From Candidatus Coprovivens sp. (GTDB lineage Bacteria > Bacillota_I > Bacilli_A > RF39 > UBA660), in assembly GCA_051892935.1 (NCBI GenBank), contig JBJFGS010000024.1, forward strand, positions 32,001 through 96,000: a DNA stretch of 64,000 nt. The letters run 5' to 3'. The position numbers were made by a program, and so were the translations under genes. This document shows positions 12,145 to 21,498 of this stretch, in pieces. The stretch's first letter is position 1. Every line of letters starts with the position of its first letter. The notes below the pieces were generated by a model that ran no database searches, was not told the origin of the DNA, and worked only from the letters and a program-made list of their open reading frames with translations.

Positions 12145-12939
12145 TTATTTTTTTATACCAGAAGATTCCTTTAACCGCATTTGATTCCAAAGGGATTTAG
12201 GTAGTAATATAGCACTTAATTTAGCTGTATTTTGTTCTTCATTTATTTCAACTTTTATTATCTTAGAAAGACTACCACAATTTAAAATATATTCTAGTTG
12301 AGACTTAGAATAACTTAAAACATCTGAAAGAAGAATTGCTCCATCTTGGCATAGAGAAGGAACAAAATATTCTATTTCTATATTACAAGTATCATGCCAT
12401 TCTAAATCTTTTCTTCTAAAATAACTAGTATTTCTTAATAGAGATGTTGAAGTGAATCCTTGTTCATATATGTATTGTCCTTGCATTAATGATAGGTCTG
12501 ATATTGTAGTAATTCCATAATCATAAAAGGCTTTAATACTTATTCCTCTATATGATTTTATATTAATATTTAGTGAAGGAAACTTATCAATTATGTTTTT
12601 AATAGATTCTCCTAATTGTTGATAGTATTCTTTTTTCTCTGAAGTTAATAAACCATTTTCTTCGTAGTTCCATTTATTTCTCATAGTATTATTAATAAAT
12701 CTATATTCATAACCTGTATAAAAACGTAAATCACTTAGTTCTTTTAAGCTAAGACTGTCAATGTAGTCTCTGACTATTTCAAGAAATGTCTTGTTTATTT
12801 GTTCTACTGATGTAAATTCAACAAATTCTTCTTTTAATACTTGTTCTATATATGATGAGAGTTCTTGTACTTTTTCAGAACCTAAATTATTTAGTATATA
12901 TCTAGTAGAAAAGCTTGTACCTTTTTTATTTTTTATCAT
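12145..12939 (-). CDS. ADP-ribosyltransferase, VIP2/C3 exoenzyme-like (R-S-E class)
   Basis: FYTGYEYRFINNTMR helix; SYRG; GFTSTSL; SQLEYIL (QxE catalytic motif). No signal peptide. Confidence 0.85.
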   Translation of the reverse strand: MIKNKKGTSFSTRYILNNLGSEKVQELSSYIEQVLKEEFVEFTSVEQINKTFLEIVRDYIDSLSLKELSDLRFYTGYEYRFINNTMRNKWNYEENGLLTSEKKEYYQQLGESIKNIIDKFPSLNINIKSYRGISIKAFYDYGITTISDLSLMQGQYIYEQGFTSTSLLRNTSYFRRKDLEWHDTCNIEIEYFVPSLCQDGAILLSDVLSYSKSQLEYILNCGSLSKIIKVEINEEQNTAKLSAILLPKSLWNQMRLKESSGIKK

Positions 12940-12995
12940 ATAATCACCTACTATAAATAGTATATCAATTATTATTTATTTGTTGAAATAGTATG

Positions 12996-14384
12996 TTACT
13001 CTGATTCACTTTTTATTTTTCTTAAAGTGTATTTTATTTGATATTTTTTATTATGATTATCATATCTATTAAATATGAATATTTTGTTTTCTATTTGGTT
13101 TAGTAAACTATAATCTATATTTAAATATATAGTTAAATAGGCTGTTGATAATTCTTTAGTTAATAACACTTTATCTAGTATTAAAGGAATAATATTAACG
13201 TTAGGAATAGATATTTTTCTTTTATATAATGAAGATAATAGTTGAGATATCTGAGAATAGTTTATATCTATTTTTTTTATTATATATTGAAAAATTTTAT
13301 TTATTTCTGATTCTCTTATGTTTGTATAGCATTTGTTTCCTAATAGATGTTCTTTACATATCCAGGTTGTGTCTTTAGAGTTTTTTAATTGCTTTCTTCG
13401 ATGAAGATAGCAATTATGTTTAGTACATATTAATTTTTGAGTATATTGGTATTGTTTATGATAATTTGTATTGTCTTTTGTTTTTTTTAAGAGTTTATTA
13501 TTAGTTTCGTTCCAAAGAGATTCTTCTATAATAGGTGGAATGTGTTTATAGTCTTTATATATTTTCCATTTATTGGGATTTATTTTTTTTACTTTTTTTG
13601 TCATATAATCTTCTGTGTATGTTTTATTTCCACAGTAATATCCTTTATATTTAGGGTTTTTTAACATTCTAAGGATAGTTGAAGAACACCATTTTTTATT
13701 ATAGTTAGTAGTTATTCCTTGATTATTAAGATAGTCGCATATATATGGAATTGATTTATTTTCTATTGTGTACATAGTAAAGATTTTTCTTACAATAGTA
13801 GATTGTTTTTTGTTAATAGTCATTTTATTTTTGTTTTTTTTATATCCATATAATTTGTTATTTCCAAGGATTATTCCTTTTTGTATTGACATATTTACAC
13901 CGAATTTTACTCTTTCTGATAAACGGCGGATTTCATCTTGTGCAAGGCTTGACATTATTGTGAGTCTTAACTCACTATCTGAATATATTGTATTAATGTT
14001 ATCGTTTGTAAATAAAACTGCTACTCCATTGTTTAATAATTCTCTAGTATATTTAAGGCTATCTAAGGTATTTCTTGAAAAACGAGATATTTCTTTTGTA
14101 ATAATTAAATCAAATAAGTCTTTTTTTGAATCTGATATCATTTTTAGAAAGTTTGCTCTTTTTATTGATGTTGTACCTGATATGCCTTTGTCAATATAGC
14201 CTTTAACATATGTCCAATTAGGATTATTTTTTATTATAGATTGAAAATAATCTTCTTGGTTGGATAAAGATGTTTGTTGATCTTCATGATCTGTAGATAT
14301 TCTTCCGTAATATGTTACTCTTAAATTAAGATTGGATATTGGAATTCCTTGATTAAGTTGTTCTCTTATTTTATATAGATTCAT
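12996..14384 (-). CDS. large serine recombinase (integrase)
   Basis: YYGRISTD with catalytic Ser, DKGISGT, KEISRFSRN, recombinase domain (LKNPKYKG, HIPPII) and Cys/His Zn-ribbon region. Confidence 0.93.
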   Translation of the reverse strand: MNLYKIREQLNQGIPISNLNLRVTYYGRISTDHEDQQTSLSNQEDYFQSIIKNNPNWTYVKGYIDKGISGTTSIKRANFLKMISDSKKDLFDLIITKEISRFSRNTLDSLKYTRELLNNGVAVLFTNDNINTIYSDSELRLTIMSSLAQDEIRRLSERVKFGVNMSIQKGIILGNNKLYGYKKNKNKMTINKKQSTIVRKIFTMYTIENKSIPYICDYLNNQGITTNYNKKWCSSTILRMLKNPKYKGYYCGNKTYTEDYMTKKVKKINPNKWKIYKDYKHIPPIIEESLWNETNNKLLKKTKDNTNYHKQYQYTQKLICTKHNCYLHRRKQLKNSKDTTWICKEHLLGNKCYTNIRESEINKIFQYIIKKIDINYSQISQLLSSLYKRKISIPNVNIIPLILDKVLLTKELSTAYLTIYLNIDYSLLNQIENKIFIFNRYDNHNKKYQIKYTLRKIKSESE

Positions 14385-14518
14385 TATATTATTGTTAATT
14401 TATTTAAAAGATAGTTTTGGATATTTAAATATTCTTGATATGTTATTTCTTCTTTTTTATATAATTCTTCGTTTATAAGAAGAGATATTTTTATAATTAG
14501 TTGTTCTTTTTTTATAAT
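14384..14518 (-). CDS. small SHOCT-like ORF coupled to the recombinase (candidate directionality factor)
   Basis: AAAGGAG RBS, then an ATT/ATA start (an in-frame GTG at 14524 overlaps the RBS). IKKEQLIIKISLLINEELYKKEEITYQEYLNIQNYLLNKLTII; its stop overlaps the recombinase ATG (TAATG). Confidence 0.6.
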   Translation of the reverse strand: MIKKEQLIIKISLLINEELYKKEEITYQEYLNIQNYLLNKLTII

Positions 14519-14554
14519 TAACACTCCTTTATTTTAATAATATTATGTAATTTA

Positions 14555-14590
14555 TTTTTTATGCATTAAGTGAACCTAATGCTACTAAAT
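14555..14590. other. right att junction (crossover dinucleotide GA 14572-14573)
   Basis: atgcattaagtGA|acctaatgctactaaa; SBP coding sequence resumes exactly here. Confidence 0.85.
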
Positions 14591-14979
14591 TAGAAAAAGA
14601 AGGATATGGATATGTTGTAGGAAGTGTTGGAGAATTATCTGGAGAAATGCCTTATACAGCTTTTTATGCTAGAAAAAGTTATATAAACAATAATGAAGAT
14701 ATTATTAAAGGTTTTAATAATGCTATTAATAAAGGTTTAGATTTTGTTAGTAATAATTCTGATAAAGAAGTTGCTGAAGTTATTTTAAAACAGTTTCCTG
14801 ATACTTCATTAAATGATGTAGAAGCAATTGTTAAAAGATATAGGGATGCTGATAGTTGGCTTTTAAATACTACTATTACAGAGGAATCTTATAAAAATTT
14901 AGAAGATATAATGATTGATAATAATTTATTGGATAGTTATGTTTCATTTAGTGATTTAGTAATAGATTTTAATGAGTAA
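14572..14979 (+). CDS. 3' part of split ABC substrate-binding protein
   Basis: Reads EPNATKLEKEGYGYVVGSVGELSGEMPYTAF from 14572, in frame with the 14647 ORF. The reconstituted protein is 326 aa. Confidence 0.9.
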   Translation, partial: EPNATKLEKEGYGYVVGSVGELSGEMPYTAFYARKSYINNNEDIIKGFNNAINKGLDFVSNNSDKEVAEVILKQFPDTSLNDVEAIVKRYRDADSWLLNTTITEESYKNLEDIMIDNNLLDSYVSFSDLVIDFNE

Positions 14980-15721
14980 AATATTAGAAGTTAAAAATAT
15001 TGAAAAAAAGTTTAATACTATAAATGGTGAGATAGAAGCTATAAATAATATATCTTTAAATATTAATGAAGGAGAATTTGTTGCAATAGTTGGGACATCC
15101 GGTTGTGGTAAAAGTACTTTACTATCTATTATGGCTGGTTTAGAAAAATTTAGTGCGGGAGAGATTAATTATGAAATAGATAATCCAGTAATTGGATATA
15201 TGTTGCAAGAAGATGCTTTATTTGAACATCTAAAAATAAAGGACAATATATTATTAGGATTAAGAATTCAAAATAAATTAACTGAAGATAATAAAAAATA
15301 TGCTTTTGATTTATTAAAAAAGTATAACTTAGATAAGTTTAAAAACAAAAGACCAAGTGAACTTTCAGGAGGAATGAAACAAAGAGTTGCTTTAATAAGA
15401 ACATTAGCTATAAGACCAGATATTCTATTTTTAGATGAACCTTTTTCGGCATTAGATTTTAGTACTAGATTGTCAGTTTGTGATGATGTTTATAAAATAA
15501 TAAAAGATACTGGTATTACAACAATTATGGTAACGCACGATATTTCAGAAGCTGTAAGTGTAGCTGATAAAGTAATAGTTTTAAGTAAGGGTCCTTCTGT
15601 AGTGAAGAATATCTATAGTATACAATTGGACAATAAGGGATTACCTACACAAAATAGAAATGATACTAAGTTTAATTATTATAATGAATTAATATGGAAA
15701 GATTTAGATAACAATGAGTAA
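14972..15721 (+). CDS. NitT/TauT ABC transporter ATP-binding protein
   Basis: GTSGCGKST, LSGGMKQR, LDEPFSALD and VTHD motifs. Confidence 0.95.
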   Translation: MSKILEVKNIEKKFNTINGEIEAINNISLNINEGEFVAIVGTSGCGKSTLLSIMAGLEKFSAGEINYEIDNPVIGYMLQEDALFEHLKIKDNILLGLRIQNKLTEDNKKYAFDLLKKYNLDKFKNKRPSELSGGMKQRVALIRTLAIRPDILFLDEPFSALDFSTRLSVCDDVYKIIKDTGITTIMVTHDISEAVSVADKVIVLSKGPSVVKNIYSIQLDNKGLPTQNRNDTKFNYYNELIWKDLDNNE

Positions 15722-16499
15722 TGAACAAAGAAAGTTTATATTAAAGTATAAACTAAATAAATTTTTTATCATAATTACTCAAGTTTTAATTGTATTATCA
15801 TTTTTTCTTACGTGGGAGATTCTTAGTAGAAAAGGTATTATTAATTCTTTTATATTTAGTAGTCCTACTAAAGTAGTAAATACTATATGTGATTTATTTG
15901 TTAATAATAACTTATTAAGGCATATTTGGGTGAGTGTTTATGAGACTTTAATTGCTTTTGGTATAGGATTGTTACTTAGTGTAAGTATATCGATTATTCT
16001 TTATATGTTTAATAATTTATATAAAGTTTTAGATCCTTTCTTAACTTGTTTAAATTCTCTACCAAAAGTTGCTTTGGGACCGATGATTATTATTATAGCT
16101 GGAGCTAATATAAAAAGTATTATAGTTATGGCAGTTTTAATAAATGTTATTGTTAGTACAATAGTTATTACTAATGGATTTTATAATACTGATAAAATTA
16201 AACTAAAATTAATGAAATCTTTTAAAGCTAGTAAGTTTCAGATACTTAAATATTTGGTAATTCCTAGCAATTATAAAACTATTATTAGTTCGTTTAAACT
16301 AAGTATAAGTATGAGTATGATTGGAGTTATTACAGGAGAGTTTTTAGTTAGTCAAGAAGGTTTGGGTTATCTTATAATATATGGTACACAAGTATTTAAT
16401 TTAGATTTAGTAATAAGTGGTATTATACTTTTATTGATTATATCTTATATACTTTATAAGGTTGTAGAATATATAGAGAAAATATTATTAAGTTTATAA
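15714..16499 (+). CDS. NitT/TauT ABC transporter permease
   Basis: Multi-TM; SSP, LPKVALGP, GEF and GLGYLI motifs; overlaps the ATPase stop. Confidence 0.93.
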   Translation: MSNEQRKFILKYKLNKFFIIITQVLIVLSFFLTWEILSRKGIINSFIFSSPTKVVNTICDLFVNNNLLRHIWVSVYETLIAFGIGLLLSVSISIILYMFNNLYKVLDPFLTCLNSLPKVALGPMIIIIAGANIKSIIVMAVLINVIVSTIVITNGFYNTDKIKLKLMKSFKASKFQILKYLVIPSNYKTIISSFKLSISMSMIGVITGEFLVSQEGLGYLIIYGTQVFNLDLVISGIILLLIISYILYKVVEYIEKILLSL

Positions 16500-16593
16500 A
16501 GAAAAGAATTAATCTTTTCTTTTTATCTAATAAGTTTTAATTTATAATATTATTATAAATATTTTTGGTATAATTCTTATAGTAGGTGATGTT

Positions 16594-17712
16594 ATGAGTA
16601 CAGAAAAAAATAAAAAAGCAAAAAATAAGACAGATAAAGCTTTAGATAATAAATGTCCTGGATGTGGAGCTCCGATACATTTTAATCCAACAGAAGGCAA
16701 GTGGAAATGTGAGTATTGTAATAGTATTTTTACATTAGAAGAAATGCAAAAATATAATAATGCTAGTAGTAAAGAGAATAATGTTGATGAAGTTATAGAA
16801 GAAGTTAAAGATGATGATACTACTTATGTTACATATAAATGTAAGAATTGTGGTGCTTCCGTTGTAGCTGATGAACAAACGGCTGCTACTTTCTGTGTAT
16901 ATTGTGGAAATACTGCTATTTTAAAGGATAAGCTTTCTGGTAGTTTTAAACCTGATTATATTATTCCTTTTAAAATAGAAAAAGATGCTGCTATAAAAGC
17001 TTTTGAGGAATTATCAAAAGGTAGACCTTTTATGCCTAAGGATTTTAATAGTAAATCTAATATAGAAAAAATAAGAGGAGTATATATTCCTTTTTGGTTA
17101 TATAATTTTATTGTAGATGGTGATCTTAATTTTAACGGAGAAAAAACGCATACGACATCTACGCCTAGTGCAACTTATATAAAGACAGATCACTATAAAT
17201 TATATAGAACTGCTACAATGAATTTTATAAAGATTCCGGTAGATGGATCAACAAGATTTGATGATGATATTATGAATTCTATTGAACCTTTTAATTACGA
17301 TGAATTAGTTCCATATAACCATGCTTATCTTTCTGGCTTTTTAGCAGAAAAATATGATTTAGATTCTGATGAATCAAGTAAGGATGCTCAAGAAAGAGCA
17401 TTAGAATCTTCTAGAGCAAAGATATCCAATGATGTTGCTAGTGAGTTTGCTTCCTATTATGTTACAGAAGATTCTTTAAAAGCAGAAGTTACTGAAAAAA
17501 AATATGCATTACTGCCTGTATGGATGGTCAATGTAAAATATCAAGATAAATATTATTTGTTTGCTATGAATGGTCAAACAGGAGAATTTATAGGAAATAT
17601 TCCATTAGATAAAAATAAAGTTATATTATGGTCTGTTATTTCGTTTATAGTAGTTTTTATAATTGTTGGAGTAATAAGTTTTATCTTGTATTTAATGGGA
17701 GGTAATGTATGA
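16594..17712 (+). CDS. double Zn-ribbon membrane protein, YdjG-like
   Basis: CPGCGA/CEYC and CKNCGA/CVYC; YIPFW, LLPVW and MNGQTG; C-terminal TM. Confidence 0.75.
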   Translation: MSTEKNKKAKNKTDKALDNKCPGCGAPIHFNPTEGKWKCEYCNSIFTLEEMQKYNNASSKENNVDEVIEEVKDDDTTYVTYKCKNCGASVVADEQTAATFCVYCGNTAILKDKLSGSFKPDYIIPFKIEKDAAIKAFEELSKGRPFMPKDFNSKSNIEKIRGVYIPFWLYNFIVDGDLNFNGEKTHTTSTPSATYIKTDHYKLYRTATMNFIKIPVDGSTRFDDDIMNSIEPFNYDELVPYNHAYLSGFLAEKYDLDSDESSKDAQERALESSRAKISNDVASEFASYYVTEDSLKAEVTEKKYALLPVWMVNVKYQDKYYLFAMNGQTGEFIGNIPLDKNKVILWSVISFIVVFIIVGVISFILYLMGGNV

Positions 17713-18617
17713 AAAAGTTTATACTAGGTATATTGGTATTTTTTGTAGGAATAAATATTGGAAATGCAGCTTTAGTTTATGATAGAAATGAACTTGATAA
17801 CTATGGTGTTAATAAAGATATAGAGATTACTGATAGAAATAAAAATGATATTTTAAATACCAAAGCGGTTGATTCTTCTGAAAAAGTATATGACTTTGCT
17901 AATATTTTAAGTGATAATGAAGAAGAAAATCTAAAAAAGATAGCTTTAGATTTTTATGATGAAACCGGTTTTGATTTAGTTATTTTGACTGATAGTTTTT
18001 ATAATTATGATTATGAAGATAATTATGAATATGTTCAAAACTTTTATGATTATAATGACTTTGGTATAGATGATGAATATTATAGCGGAGTTGTTATTTT
18101 AAGAAATAATTATCCTGATTATCCTTTTTATAGTATTAGGTTATTTGGTGAAGCTCAATTATATTTTAGTGGTAAGCGTACAGAGAAAATACTTGATGAT
18201 ACATCTTATTTAATAGCTAATAAGGATTATAGTTCAGCTTTTATTGAAGTTGTTGATTATTTATTGGATTATTATGATGATGGGATTTCTCCTGAATTTA
18301 AAGGTTATGAAATAGATAAAAATGGAATGTTAGTAGCACCATATAAATTTCCTTTTTTAATAGCTATTATAGTTTCTTTAGTGTTTACATTATTTTATAT
18401 TGGTCATTATGTAAATAAGAATAAGATGGTTTATAAAGCCAGATTAGCTAATGATTATCTTGATAAAGAAAGTGTTACCTATAAAGTTAAAGAAAATAAG
18501 TTTTTGCATACTACTACAAGAACTATACCAAAATCTACTGATAGTAGTGGTGGTTCACATGGAAGCTTTAGTGGTTCTTCTGGAAGAGGAAGTAGTGGCG
18601 GTGGACGTAGAGTATAA
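17709..18617 (+). CDS. TPM-domain membrane protein, YdjH-like
   Basis: VYDFANILS TPM start, TM helix and Gly/Ser-rich tail GGSHGSFSGSSGRGSSGGGRR. Confidence 0.8.
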   Translation: MKKFILGILVFFVGINIGNAALVYDRNELDNYGVNKDIEITDRNKNDILNTKAVDSSEKVYDFANILSDNEEENLKKIALDFYDETGFDLVILTDSFYNYDYEDNYEYVQNFYDYNDFGIDDEYYSGVVILRNNYPDYPFYSIRLFGEAQLYFSGKRTEKILDDTSYLIANKDYSSAFIEVVDYLLDYYDDGISPEFKGYEIDKNGMLVAPYKFPFLIAIIVSLVFTLFYIGHYVNKNKMVYKARLANDYLDKESVTYKVKENKFLHTTTRTIPKSTDSSGGSHGSFSGSSGRGSSGGGRRV

Positions 18618-18647
18618 AAATAGAAGGTATTTATTACCTTCTATTTT
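18616..18647. terminator. bidirectional terminator
   Basis: aaaatagaaggta-tttat-taccttctatttt hairpin. Confidence 0.75.
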
Positions 18648-20176
18648 GTTTTTTCTATTCTAATTAGTTTTTCTTTTTTTGTGGGTTTCTTTGATTCTTC
18701 TATTTTCTTTTTTGTAGGTCGATTAATTTTTTTTATATCTTGTGGATTTAAATTTAATTTAATGCTCCCCTTTTGTTCCTCTGTTTTAGTACTTTTCTTA
18801 GGTTGGCGATTAATCTTTTTTATACTATTTGGATTAAGTTTTAATTGTTCTTTTTTCTTTTTTTCTTTAGAAAGAGCTTCTTTTCTTAACTTCTTTATAT
18901 CTTCACCAATTGGTGGTTCAATTTTTAAACGAGTATTAGTTTGAGGTATATTTACATCTAAACTAATAAGGTTTTCTTTTTTAGGAGTTTTTTTAGGAGA
19001 TGTTTTGCTACGCTTTTTATTTTTAGTATCTTCTATTTTTATAACCTTAATTTTATTACCATTTAGAAAATTATCTACTTCGATAACTTCGTTTTGAATT
19101 TTTTCTACTGGTTGGATACTATCAATATCCTTAATCATTTTATCTATTTTTTGAATATTATTATCATATTCTTTTATTTTTATATTTAAATCATCTGTAT
19201 CTAGTACTTCATATTCTTCATTAACTACTAAGTGTTTAGGTTTTATTTTGGGAAGTTCTATTTCAGATTTATTTGTTTTTTCAGGAATTATTTTTTTAGT
19301 ATCTACTTTAGTAGGTATTGGGACTTCTGGTTCATCAGTCTTTTCCAATTCAATTTCTTTTGATATAGGAAGATTCTTTTTGTATTTATTTTCTTTCACT
19401 TTAAGAATTGTTTCGCTATATTTTTCCAAGAAACCATCTGGTTCTTCTGAACTTCTAATATAAGAATCTTTTCTTGATTCGTTTTTTTGTAACGTATCTT
19501 TAATTTTTTCTTTTAATAAGGTTTGTTTTTCATAATCTATTTCATCATTAGTATTAGGTTTCTCTTTTGTTTCGACAACTTTATTTACTCTTTTTCTTAA
19601 ATCTAATAAATCTATTAATTTAAATATTTCTTTTAATAAATATATACCAATTGGTATTATTAATATAAACAACCAGCCTTTTTGATTAGCTATTAAAAAT
19701 TGAATATATCCTACTTTTGGAATGGTTATTATTTCTTTCCCAATGATGTTATTAAATGTTACATATACACTATCTGGTTCTGTATTATTATCTCCTTGGG
19801 TTAAGAATTCATAAGTACCATCTGGTAGCTGTTCTTTAGCAATAACACGATGTGTTATTGTCATTCCTTCGGAAGTTGCAGCAGTAGATTTATAAGTTAT
19901 TATATCGCCAATCTCTATTTCATCAGGATGTTCTGGTTTAATATTAATAACTACATCATAAACATTTATGTTTGGAGTCATACTAGGAGATACTATAGTA
20001 TATATAGAAATGCGTGGTTTATAATTTGGGTTATTAGCATTTATTTGAGATGCTATTATGTAATATACTAAAAAAGCAACAACAAGACATACAAAAGAAA
20101 TCACTAGGTAGTATAGTAATTTAGATATTATTGTGAATACTTTTAATAATAATTCTTTTGTATTTTTTTGTTTCAC
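18641..20176 (-). CDS. SipW-type (S26B) signal peptidase I with long Lys-rich C-terminal extension
   Basis: IVSPSMTP (Ser), ITHRV (His) and TQGDNN motifs; two TM helices. Confidence 0.85.
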   Translation of the reverse strand: MKQKNTKELLLKVFTIISKLLYYLVISFVCLVVAFLVYYIIASQINANNPNYKPRISIYTIVSPSMTPNINVYDVVINIKPEHPDEIEIGDIITYKSTAATSEGMTITHRVIAKEQLPDGTYEFLTQGDNNTEPDSVYVTFNNIIGKEIITIPKVGYIQFLIANQKGWLFILIIPIGIYLLKEIFKLIDLLDLRKRVNKVVETKEKPNTNDEIDYEKQTLLKEKIKDTLQKNESRKDSYIRSSEEPDGFLEKYSETILKVKENKYKKNLPISKEIELEKTDEPEVPIPTKVDTKKIIPEKTNKSEIELPKIKPKHLVVNEEYEVLDTDDLNIKIKEYDNNIQKIDKMIKDIDSIQPVEKIQNEVIEVDNFLNGNKIKVIKIEDTKNKKRSKTSPKKTPKKENLISLDVNIPQTNTRLKIEPPIGEDIKKLRKEALSKEKKKKEQLKLNPNSIKKINRQPKKSTKTEEQKGSIKLNLNPQDIKKINRPTKKKIEESKKPTKKEKLIRIEKTK

Positions 20177-20197
20177 TTCTATATCCTCTTTTTCTTT

Positions 20198-20812
20198 TTA
20201 TTCTAATAAAGATGTTTTGTTATCGTTTGCTTCTACTACTATTTTAGAATTGTAGTAATTATTGTAATTTCCTTCTTCAATAGTTCCTTTAAAAGCGACC
20301 TTAATAACATATGTCTTTGTTTCTTCAGGGGTTATTGTAATATCTGAGACAATTATTTTATCTGATAAAGGTAATTCTTTAGTAATAGAAGTTTCATTAT
20401 TACATGATATTGTATATACTAAATTATTTGTAGATAATAAAGAAGATTGAATACTTACTAATTTTATATCAAAAGTAATATCTGAATCTCCTTCATTTGT
20501 AATTTGAATAACCTTAGGATTCGTAAGTTCATATCCGTTGCCTATACCTGTTAAATTAAGATTTTGATTACCATTAAATGTTATTGATAATGTTTTATAA
20601 TAAGTGGATGATACTGATTCATTCTTATCTAATTTTTTTGTGGCAGAGAGAGCCTTATACGAAAAGATAACGCTTATTATTACACTTACGAAAGTTATTC
20701 CTAATATGATAAGCAAAACTATAAATCTTTGATGTTCTTTTTTTTCTTTTGCTTTGATAAGGATAGTATATTGAGTTTCTAATTCTTCTTTAAAGTCTTC
20801 ATTTTTTTCCAT
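20198..20812 (-). CDS. putative SipW-processed, TasA/camelysin-like protein
   Basis: N-terminal TM, ITNEG, ITPEETKTY beta-sandwich pattern; co-oriented upstream of the SipW-like gene. Confidence 0.5.
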   Translation of the reverse strand: MEKNEDFKEELETQYTILIKAKEKKEHQRFIVLLIILGITFVSVIISVIFSYKALSATKKLDKNESVSSTYYKTLSITFNGNQNLNLTGIGNGYELTNPKVIQITNEGDSDITFDIKLVSIQSSLLSTNNLVYTISCNNETSITKELPLSDKIIVSDITITPEETKTYVIKVAFKGTIEEGNYNNYYNSKIVVEANDNKTSLLE

Positions 20813-20827
20813 CCTTATCACACCCTT

Positions 20828-21385
20828 CTATTCTTTTATAACGAATTTATATGTACCATTAAATGATTTATTATAGTTATAAGATTGATCTGCACCTTTT
20901 GTAATAAAACTAATTTTGATGGTACAATCGTTAGACTTATTAGTCTTAAGTTCTAAATTTTCCATTATTATCTTTTCATCAGAGTTAGTTGGCATTTGTT
21001 TATTTTCGATTTTTTCACCATTAGTACAAGATATACTATAAACAAATTCTTCCGGATGAGCTTGATATCCTGAATTAGATACAGACCATGTTGAAATAAT
21101 ATCAGTCCATTCAATGTTATATTTTATGGTATTAGAATTGTTATTAGTTATTGAAAAGTATTGTTCAAGAGTATATCCGGGAGTTAATCCCGATAGACTT
21201 AATGTGTTATTACTATTATAAATAAGGGTTGTGCTTTTATAAATATTATTGGATGCTATTACTTTATTACTATTAACTTCTGTTCGAGCTTTCTCATTAA
21301 AAAAGACAAGACATGAGCAGATGATTGAAGATATTAATGTAAGCACAGAAAAAAAGCAAACTACTATCACTAACTTCTTATCCAT
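20828..21385 (-). CDS. putative SipW-processed, TasA/camelysin-like protein
   Basis: N-terminal hydrophobic segment; LTPG..FSITNN..IKYNI and DQSYNYNKSFNGT patterns. Confidence 0.55.
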   Translation of the reverse strand: MDKKLVIVVCFFSVLTLISSIICSCLVFFNEKARTEVNSNKVIASNNIYKSTTLIYNSNNTLSLSGLTPGYTLEQYFSITNNNSNTIKYNIEWTDIISTWSVSNSGYQAHPEEFVYSISCTNGEKIENKQMPTNSDEKIIMENLELKTNKSNDCTIKISFITKGADQSYNYNKSFNGTYKFVIKE

Positions 21386-21498
21386 TCCAATCACCCTTTA
21401 TTATATATAATTATAATAACAAAATTATAGTTTATTATCAAGATTATATTTGTTACAGAAGACTTTAAACTATGCTATAATTACTATGAGGTGTTAAC

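Larger units (their letters stand above)
11352..14573 (-). mobile_element. serine-recombinase integrated element interrupting the ABC substrate-binding gene (3,222 bp)
   Basis: Shared TGA core at both junctions; excision restores the frame; the joined ends form the inverted repeat tgcattaag-tGAt-cttaatgca; a recombinase gene lies inside. Confidence 0.92.

Noticed and set aside
14536-14566. GCATA...CATAATAT as a sporulation-sigma promoter for the recombinase
   Set aside because: The 12-bp spacing does not fit sigma-E/G consensus, and GCATA is part of the att arm.
11352-14573. Element as a prophage or ICE
   Set aside because: No structural, replication or conjugation genes in 3.2 kb.
14647-14979. 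110-aa ORF as an independent gene
   Set aside because: The family-like frame extends upstream to 14572 and joins the 10777 ORF, so it is the 3' half of a split gene.
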